NCBI GenBank assembly: GCA_040390125.1
Contig: JAZJYZ010000001.1
Coordinates: 506,396-570,395, forward strand
Source: Patescibacteria group bacterium
GTDB taxonomy: Bacteria; Patescibacteriota; Minisyncoccia; Phycocordibacterales; Phycocordibacteraceae
Reading direction: 5' to 3'
Length of the DNA: 64,000 nt
In this document: positions 57,657-64,000 of the stretch, piece by piece
How the letters are laid out: each line of letters opens with the position of its first letter
How positions within the stretch are numbered: the stretch's first letter is position 1
Translations under genes and position numbers: made by a program
Notes under the pieces: generated by a model
What the model was told of the DNA's origin: nothing
What the model saw: the letters and a program-made list of their open reading frames with translations, nothing else
The model's database searches: none

Positions 57657-57762
57657 CTAACGTATCGGGTACGCAATGAGCAGTTTCTATACACCAAAGT
57701 CCAAGCTGGATTTAACAGGGTGTAAGAATTTCTAAGCTCGATACTCGCTAACAAATTCTAAC

Positions 57763-58035
57763 ATGGCAACAAAAAAAGCAGCCGGCTCAGCAAAAAACCT
57801 AACAGATTCAAATCCTCAATACTTGGGCGTTAAGCTCTATGCAGGTCAGAAAACTAAGAAAGGTTCAATCATCATCCGTCAGCGTGGTACTAAATTCATG
57901 GCAGGAAAAAACGTGGAAGTTGGTAAAGATCACACCCTCTATGCGGTTGAAGAAGGTACCGTTTCTTTCCGTGTTGCTCGAAAGACTCGTTTCGACGGAT
58001 CCACCGTCAAGCGAAATGTCGTTGACGTGAAGTAA
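57763..58035 (+). CDS. rpmA: 50S ribosomal protein L27
   Basis: [14 protein letters not shown]...[21 protein letters not shown]. Confidence 0.98.
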   Translation: MATKKAAGSAKNLTDSNPQYLGVKLYAGQKTKKGSIIIRQRGTKFMAGKNVEVGKDHTLYAVEEGTVSFRVARKTRFDGSTVKRNVVDVK

Positions 58036-58037
58036 AC

Positions 58038-58244
58038 ATGCCTTCGAATACGGAACGGTTTAAAGAAGGTGCCCGTGTCCTTTGGGGGAAAGATAACGCA
58101 ACAGTGGTCAAAGTTACTCGAGGTGGAAAGAAAGCGGAGAGTTTGAAATTTGAAAAAGGAGGAGGTGTAACAAGTTTGAGCGGACTTGATGTAAGATACC
58201 GAACAAATGAACCACCCGTTTTCTTTGGGAGGGGAGATATTTGA
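58038..58244 (+). CDS. small hypothetical protein
   Basis: ORF starting 2 nt after the rpmA stop. Confidence 0.5.
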   Translation: MPSNTERFKEGARVLWGKDNATVVKVTRGGKKAESLKFEKGGGVTSLSGLDVRYRTNEPPVFFGRGDI

Positions 58245-58262
58245 AACTAAACCTTCATAAAT

Positions 58263-58520
58263 ATGGCAGGAGAAAGAAGCTCGTCCACAAGAGCTAACAG
58301 TCGTTTTCGTGAAATTGATGCAAGGCGGGTTGTGCCAGGAATGACTGCGAGATTGAAAGAACCGACGAAAACACTGAAAGCCGGCCCCTACTTAATTTTA
58401 GACATTACCCCTGTCGGGAGAGTGAAAATTCGAAGAACTGAAGGTAAGAAGGGTACAGCAACACTGTCTCCACTGCATCCAGATGTAGTTTTCCAAATAC
58501 CTAGGCAGGTACTGAAATAA
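58263..58520 (+). CDS. small basic hypothetical protein
   Basis: ORF co-oriented with rpmA. Confidence 0.5.
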   Translation: MAGERSSSTRANSRFREIDARRVVPGMTARLKEPTKTLKAGPYLILDITPVGRVKIRRTEGKKGTATLSPLHPDVVFQIPRQVLK

Positions 58521-58950
58521 CCACCGTCACTTCAGCACGAAAACCTTGAAGGGTAACAGTAGCTCGGTGCTCTCCGAGCTTTTTTATTGGACCACCCACA
58601 ATGACAAGTGAGTCTTCAGGTACCGAGATTTTCAATTCCTTCAACATTGCTTGGGCGACTTGTTTCGCATGAATAGATTCAAAGAGAGTCCCTTTTTCAT
58701 TTGCCTTCGCTTGAATACTAATTGTTTTTCCATCAATCTCTGCGAGTGCTTTTTTCGCTAGAATAGCGTCCATAGCAATCTTAGCTTTTGCTCCTTGGGT
58801 TTGTTTTTCAAATTTCTTTATATTTTCCGCAGTTGCAGGCAATGCCAACTTCTTTGGAATCAAGACATTCTGGGCATACCCATCAGCAACGGTCACGAGA
58901 GTGCCTCGTTGGCCTACTTTCTTAACGTCAGTGAGCAATATTAACTTCAT
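58501..58950 (-). CDS. rplI: 50S ribosomal protein L9
   Basis: MKLILLTDVKKVG..G..V.VADGYAQN.LIP. Confidence 0.97.
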   Translation of the reverse strand: MKLILLTDVKKVGQRGTLVTVADGYAQNVLIPKKLALPATAENIKKFEKQTQGAKAKIAMDAILAKKALAEIDGKTISIQAKANEKGTLFESIHAKQVAQAMLKELKISVPEDSLVIVGGPIKKLGEHRATVTLQGFRAEVTVVISVPA

Positions 58951-58952
58951 AT

Positions 58953-59067
58953 AAAAGCTGTCAGGTTCCAGCTTATAGCTTTCAGCTTTAAATGCAAATT
59001 AAAAAAACCGATGCCTAGAGCTTTTTCTGAATTCAAAGCTGAAAGCCGAAACCTGGCAGCTGGCAGC
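58953..59067. repeat. heptamer array with inverted arms (AGCTTTC type)
   Basis: Between ctpA and rplI; shares spacer sequence with arrays at ~57105 and ~62975. Confidence 0.88.
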
Positions 59068-60281
59068 TACTTCCCTGTCACCAGGAAAGTGGCTGCCCTT
59101 TCAAGCTGGGGGTCACGCTTTGCCTCCACATCCTCTTTCGTTATAGCTACTTCCACATCCGGCACTATGCCGGCATGTGAAATAGAGATGCCGTTTGGAG
59201 TGAGCCATCTTGCGATAGTAATCTTTAGGGAGGTCTCAGACGTTACATCAAAGAGTTGCTGCACAGAGCCTTTACCAAATGACTTTTCCCCAATAAGGGT
59301 GGCTTTGCCGTGATCACGGAGTGCACCTGCAAGAATTTCTGATGCGGAAGCAGAACCGCTATCGATAAGCACTGCTAATTTAAGTTTGTCAGAAAACACA
59401 TCGTAGCCACGGCTTCTGCTCACATTTGCCGGTTGCTTTGAACCAAAATCTTCACTCACAATCACCTTCCCTACCGGCAAAAACCAGCTCGCAATATCAA
59501 CGGCAACCCCTAAATAACCACCAGGATTACCCCGAAGATCAATCACCATTTTGTCAGAACCTGAATCGGCAAACTCACGAATAGCTGCACGGAACTTTTC
59601 TGGTGCATTCGCATTAAATGTGAAGAGATGAATAACAAACACGCCATCCGGACGAAGTGTGGTCTTTATGGTTGGCAGATTTATTGTTGCCCGAACTAGG
59701 GTCACTTCAAATGGAGCACTATCGGCACGACCAAGTGTGAGAGTTACTGACGTTCCAATTTCTCCACGAATGGCACTCACTGCATCATCAACAGATATCC
59801 CAATGGTGTCTTTACCATTAATCTCAAGAATAAGATCTCCACTTCTAATGCCAGCTTTAGATGCAGGGGTTCCTTCAAGTGGCGAGATGACGGTGAGTTC
59901 GCCGTCTTTAAGCCCTAGCTCCATACCTACACCCCCAAAGTCACCCTGTACTTGGCTATCAAAAAGCTTCTTTTCTTTTGGAGGAAAGAAGGTGGTGTAC
60001 GGGTCACCGTATGATGATGCAAGCCCTTCTATCATTCCCCACAACCTATCTTCAGGAACGCTCGCTACAGTTGTGGTTCCTGGTGCAAAATTTTCATCAA
60101 GCAAATCCCACGCTTTATATAAAGGCGCTAAATCGGGTCTGGAATTAGCGACGCTCACTTCCGATGGTGCCTTCCACGGCACCATACCTCCAGCTTCGGT
60201 GCCTACAAAAAACGCCACCACAGCCACTACCACAACTGCTATCATGGCAGTACGAAAACCTATTTTTGAATTGTCTTTCAT
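59067..60281 (-). CDS. ctpA: carboxy-terminal processing protease (S41, PDZ)
   Basis: DPYT, FGGVG, DLRGNPGG, SASASEI, GKGSVQ. Confidence 0.93.
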   Translation of the reverse strand: MKDNSKIGFRTAMIAVVVVAVVAFFVGTEAGGMVPWKAPSEVSVANSRPDLAPLYKAWDLLDENFAPGTTTVASVPEDRLWGMIEGLASSYGDPYTTFFPPKEKKLFDSQVQGDFGGVGMELGLKDGELTVISPLEGTPASKAGIRSGDLILEINGKDTIGISVDDAVSAIRGEIGTSVTLTLGRADSAPFEVTLVRATINLPTIKTTLRPDGVFVIHLFTFNANAPEKFRAAIREFADSGSDKMVIDLRGNPGGYLGVAVDIASWFLPVGKVIVSEDFGSKQPANVSRSRGYDVFSDKLKLAVLIDSGSASASEILAGALRDHGKATLIGEKSFGKGSVQQLFDVTSETSLKITIARWLTPNGISISHAGIVPDVEVAITKEDVEAKRDPQLERAATFLVTGK

Positions 60282-60310
60282 TGTTTCCTATTATGCCATA
60301 TCCGAGGGGA

Positions 60311-60434
60311 AGCTTTCAGGTTACAGCTGTCAGCTTTCAGCTTTAACTTCTAAAAGCTGGAAACTGGAAGCTCACAAAGGGAATGCTCCAATCTTTCAAA
60401 CCTTCTGTTCACTGTACACTATCCACTGTACACT
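60311..60434. repeat. heptamer arrays (AGCTTTC inverted arms plus ACTGTAC run)
   Basis: Divergent ctpA/corA intergenic region. Confidence 0.85.
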
Positions 60435-60458
60435 CTTCATCGGTGTATACTGCCGAGG

Positions 60459-61373
60459 ATGATAAACCGCTATGAATACGAAGGGATTATTTGGATAGAT
60501 ATTGAAAATCCTACCGCCGAAGAAATTACAGAAGTCGGACAGGAGTTCAATTTGGGAGCGCTTTTGCGTCAGGAGCTTTTGGCTCCAACAGTAAAAGCCC
60601 GTGTTGATCTCTATCCGGAGGTTGTGTACGCACTCCTTCATTTCCCCGCACGAAGACATACGCACAACAAACGTGAAAGCCAAGAAGTTGATTTCGTCAT
60701 AGGCAAACATTTTGTCATCACGGTTCACTATGAAACCGTTGATGCACTCGTCGATTTTTCGCGCTCATTTGAAGCGGCAATGCTACTCAAACGTAACAGT
60801 GGAAAATTTCATAGCGGACACATTTTGTTTGAACTTGCACAGCGCTTGTATCAAGAAGTGGAATATGAATTGGACTCACTTGAGGATTCCATAGCAACTA
60901 TCGAAACGGCTATTTTTTCAGGACATGAACGTGACATGGTTTTTGCAATCTCTCGAGCGAGCCGTGAACTCATCGACCAGAGACGTACACTCTCCATGCA
61001 CGTTGAGGTCTTGGCATCTCTGGAGCATGCAACTGTCTCTTTGTTTGGAGAACAATTTGCTAACTACCTCCGAGGAGTAACGACATTCCACTACCGAGCA
61101 CACCAGCGAGCACTCGCCATGATGGACACCGTCACCGACCTTCGAAAAACAAATGACTCACTTCTCACTACACGCCAAAATGAGATTACGAAAAACCTCA
61201 CCGTCATGGCATTTATCACCTTCCCGCTTTCGGTAGTGGCTGCGGTGTTTGGCATGAACACAGACAATACTCCGATTGTGAGCTCCCCCTACGGATTTTG
61301 GATGATTGTAGGTGCCATGACTGTTCTCACAATCGCCTTTTTCATCTACTTTAAGATTAAGAAGTGGTTCTAG
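60459..61373 (+). CDS. corA: CorA family magnesium transporter
   Basis: Two C-terminal TM helices with FGMN. Confidence 0.93.
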   Translation: MINRYEYEGIIWIDIENPTAEEITEVGQEFNLGALLRQELLAPTVKARVDLYPEVVYALLHFPARRHTHNKRESQEVDFVIGKHFVITVHYETVDALVDFSRSFEAAMLLKRNSGKFHSGHILFELAQRLYQEVEYELDSLEDSIATIETAIFSGHERDMVFAISRASRELIDQRRTLSMHVEVLASLEHATVSLFGEQFANYLRGVTTFHYRAHQRALAMMDTVTDLRKTNDSLLTTRQNEITKNLTVMAFITFPLSVVAAVFGMNTDNTPIVSSPYGFWMIVGAMTVLTIAFFIYFKIKKWF

Positions 61374-61387
61374 AGACCCGGAACGGG

Positions 61388-61476
61388 TCAGGTGCCAGGT
61401 TTCAGCTGTCAGCTTTCAGCTTTAAATTTAGAAATCAAGAATAAGCTGGAACCTGACAGCTGGCAGCTGAAAGCTC
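61388..61476. repeat. heptamer array with inverted arms (AGCTTTC type)
   Basis: Between corA and dnaB. Confidence 0.88.
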
Positions 61477-61557
61477 TGCGAAGTGGATATATCCGTGTAC
61501 AAACCTCCGTATAAGGGGCAATTTTGAAAAGTAAGTAAAAAACACCCCAGTGCTACA

Positions 61558-62946
61558 ATGCCATTTATGGCGAATCCTGGCACACGAATTCCTCCTCAAT
61601 CAACAGACGCTGAACGTGCACTTTTGGGCTCCGTAATGCTCAAGCCCGACGCAATCCACGAAATAACTGATTTCGTTTCTGCCGACTCTTTTTATGTAGA
61701 AAAGCACCGTGTCATTTATCGAGCCTTCACCGATTTAGCGACCGGTGGAAATCCTATTGACCTTCTTTCAACTGCAAACCGACTAAAAGAAACAAACGAT
61801 CTAGAGCGAGCTGGCGGTAACTCATACTTGGCAGAGCTCGTAAGTGCAGTACCCTCTTCTGCAAACCTAAAATACTACGCAGAAATCGTCCAGAAAAAAT
61901 CGATGATGCGCTCTCTCATTTCTGCATCGTCAGACATTGGCGAGATGGGCTATGACGAATCGCAAGACATCGATGAGCTTTTAAATAACGCAGAAAAAAG
62001 AATCTATGAAGTAACCAGCTCCCCTTCTGTTAGAAAATTCGTTGCGATTGGTGATGCCTTGGGAGAGGCGTGGGAGCGTTTTGACAACCTCCACAAGGGT
62101 GACTATCAAATGCGAGGCATCCCCACAGGCTTTGATGCCCTCGACAACATGCTGGCTGGCTTTCAACGCTCTGACTTAATTATTTTAGCCGCTCGTCCTT
62201 CCGCAGGTAAAACTGCCTTTGCCCTCGACATCGCACGACAAACCGCCATCAAGCACGGCACGCCCGTTGGAATTTTTTCACTTGAAATGAGCGCACAGCA
62301 GTTGGTTGACCGTATGCTCGCCGCAGAAGCACGAGTTGACGCTTGGAAGCTTCGCACCGGAAAAATTTCAACTGATGAAGAATTTGAAAGAATCCGTGAC
62401 GCCATGGGTCGACTTTCTAAGGCTCCTATCCATATCGACGACCAGCCGGCAACCAATGTGCTCGGCATGCGATCTGCCGCTCGTCGATTAAAACGAGAAC
62501 ACGGCATTGGACTTCTTGTTGTTGACTACCTTCAGCTCATGAGTCCAACATCAGCACGTTCATCCGACTCAATGGTGCAACAGGTGACAGAAATCTCCCG
62601 CTCCCTAAAAACCCTTGCTCGTGAACTCGATGTTCCAGTGCTTGCTCTCTCCCAGCTTTCGCGTGCCATTGAGCAAAGGCGTGGTCGCCCTCGCCTTTCA
62701 GACCTTCGAGATTCAGGATCTATTGAGCAGGATGCTGACGTGGTTATGTTCATCCACAATGAAGATAGGTATAACGACAACAAAGAAGAGCGTAGCAATG
62801 TAACCGAAATCTTGATTGAAAAGCATCGTAACGGTCGCACCGGCAAAATAGATCTCTTCTTTGATGTAGAGCGTGCCACGTTCTTACCAATCGATAAGTC
62901 AGGCTTCTCTGGCGGTGCGCCAGGCAACGCACAAGACGATTTCTAA
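61558..62946 (+). CDS. dnaB: replicative DNA helicase (likely start 61567)
   Basis: AARPSAGKT, SLEM, VDYLQL, LSQLSR, DLRDSGSIEQDAD; no intein. Confidence 0.98.
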   Translation: MPFMANPGTRIPPQSTDAERALLGSVMLKPDAIHEITDFVSADSFYVEKHRVIYRAFTDLATGGNPIDLLSTANRLKETNDLERAGGNSYLAELVSAVPSSANLKYYAEIVQKKSMMRSLISASSDIGEMGYDESQDIDELLNNAEKRIYEVTSSPSVRKFVAIGDALGEAWERFDNLHKGDYQMRGIPTGFDALDNMLAGFQRSDLIILAARPSAGKTAFALDIARQTAIKHGTPVGIFSLEMSAQQLVDRMLAAEARVDAWKLRTGKISTDEEFERIRDAMGRLSKAPIHIDDQPATNVLGMRSAARRLKREHGIGLLVVDYLQLMSPTSARSSDSMVQQVTEISRSLKTLARELDVPVLALSQLSRAIEQRRGRPRLSDLRDSGSIEQDADVVMFIHNEDRYNDNKEERSNVTEILIEKHRNGRTGKIDLFFDVERATFLPIDKSGFSGGAPGNAQDDF

Positions 62947-62950
62947 TTTA

Positions 62951-63091
62951 AAAAGCTGTCAGGTTTCAGCTGTTAGCTTTCAGCTTTAAATGCAAAAAGC
63001 TGGCACCTGAAAGCTGTAAAACAGTTTTCCGTCAGCTCTCGCTCGGGGAAGAGAGAATGTCTCTCTTCCCCCTCGGCTCGTTAGACGGTAA
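62951..63091 (+). repeat. composite element: heptamer array plus 68-bp structured repeat (copy 2)
   Basis: Matches the reverse complement of 57002-57156. Confidence 0.88.
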
Positions 63092-63101
63092 GCTAGTTGT
63101 T

Positions 63102-63701
63102 ATGTCCCGAACAACTCACGACCTCATTGAACACATCGCAGAATTTCCTGGCATAGGCCCAAGGCAAGCTCGTCGCATCGTGCAGTTTCTACTTTCAGCC
63201 GGAGCACCGTTTAGGGAAAAACTAGCACAGCTCATTATTGACTCTGGGACGTCCACTTCACCTTGCAACGTGTGTTTCCGTTTTGACGATACTCGTGATT
63301 CAGGCACCTGCTCCATTTGCTCCGATGCTTCACGTGACCACACAAGCCTCATGGTAGTCGAGAAAGACATTGATATAGAAGGCATAGAGGGCTCTGGCGC
63401 ATACAGAGGTACCTATTTCGTTTTAGGAGGCCTTAAGACAATGACGGAACGCAAGAATTCAAGAACACTACGTACCAAAGAACTCCTTTCACATATAGGA
63501 AAGAACGGAACAAAGGAGGTCATCTTTGCACTTTCAACCACTCCCGAGGGTGATTACACCGCCCGTGAGCTCTCAAAAGAAATACAAAAAGCAACTCCAG
63601 ATAAAAAAGTAACCCTGCTTGGGCGAGGTCTTTCAGTGGGCGCTGAAATCGAGTATGCAGATGCAGAGACTCTCCGCAGTGCCCTTCGTAACAGATCTTA
63701 A
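63102..63701 (+). CDS. recR: recombination protein RecR (start revised from 63057)
   Basis: PGIGPRQARR, C4 zinc finger, TOPRIM VVE...YFVLGG, TPEGDYT, GAEIEYAD. Confidence 0.95.
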   Translation: MSRTTHDLIEHIAEFPGIGPRQARRIVQFLLSAGAPFREKLAQLIIDSGTSTSPCNVCFRFDDTRDSGTCSICSDASRDHTSLMVVEKDIDIEGIEGSGAYRGTYFVLGGLKTMTERKNSRTLRTKELLSHIGKNGTKEVIFALSTTPEGDYTARELSKEIQKATPDKKVTLLGRGLSVGAEIEYADAETLRSALRNRS

Positions 63702-63704
63702 ATT

Positions 63705-63905
63705 TTATTTTTTCTTATCAGACCACGACGGTGGTTTCATTGCCCAAGCACGCAGTGCTAAATATCTCTCAGGTAGAGACCCCGATTTCGAACGTCTGTA
63801 GACTGGATGTGGCCTCGCCACTTCCTGAGTCACTTCAACTTTTTTCGAATTCTTCCGTACGCTTTTTGGACCTACATAAGACGGGCCGGCATCAGGAGTT
63901 GCCAT
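63705..63905 (-). CDS. small hypothetical protein
   Basis: ORF starting 2 nt after the rplU stop. Confidence 0.45.
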   Translation of the reverse strand: MATPDAGPSYVGPKSVRKNSKKVEVTQEVARPHPVYRRSKSGSLPERYLALRAWAMKPPSWSDKKK

Positions 63906-63907
63906 AC

Positions 63908-64000
63908 CTAGACCGTCTCAATCTTCACTTTCATGTTGGGCTGTTTGTGCCCTCGCTTTTTGTAGTATCGGCTTTTTGCTTTGTACTTCACCACGACAAC
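63908..64000 (-). CDS. rplU: 50S ribosomal protein L21, C-terminal part (runs off the window)
   Basis: VVVVKYKAKSRYYKKRGHKQPNMKVKIETV*. Confidence 0.9.
   Translation of the reverse strand, partial: VVVVKYKAKSRYYKKRGHKQPNMKVKIETV

Noticed and set aside
59659-60462. 267-aa plus-strand ORF
   Set aside because: Antisense shadow of ctpA running into heptamer repeats
1-64000. rRNA, tRNA, tmRNA, introns or inteins
   Set aside because: No recognisable cloverleaf or rRNA motifs by eye and DnaB is normal length; a tRNAscan/Infernal run would be needed to exclude them

Overview
The window looks like chromosomal DNA of a Patescibacteria/CPR (Parcubacteria-like) bacterium. This is inferred from gene content, leaderless-type starts and CPR-style pilin, TrmB and PEP-utiliser genes. 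The core backbone comprises infA-rpmJ-rpsM-rpsK-rpsD-rpoA-rplQ-rplM-rpsI, grpE-dnaK-dnaJ, trpS, aspS, pepA, scpAB, mraY-ftsW-murG-gltX, rpmA, rplI, ctpA, corA, dnaB, recR and the end of rplU. Four things stand out. (1) A ~12 kb island sits between two exact 34-bp copies of the rpsI 3' end. It holds a giant SpvB/TcB-Rhs protein, candidate immunity genes, an orphan Rhs module and a RAYT-type HUH transposase with 20-bp inverted ends, and no integrase was recognised. (2) An ammonia-lyase, aryl-CoA ligase, ThiF-nitroreductase (OxzB-like) and membrane histidine kinase cluster is a candidate small-molecule signalling system. It is followed by TrmB, a MazG-like/GTP cyclohydrolase II fusion and a PEP-utiliser kinase. 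(3) About 18-20 intergenic heptamer-repeat arrays, many forming inverted arms, lie between core genes. (4) Several small palindromic elements recur, including one inserted in frame into the kinase and one found upstream of both recR and a DEDDh exonuclease. No rRNA, tRNA or CRISPR array was seen. All assignments are by eye and no searches were run.
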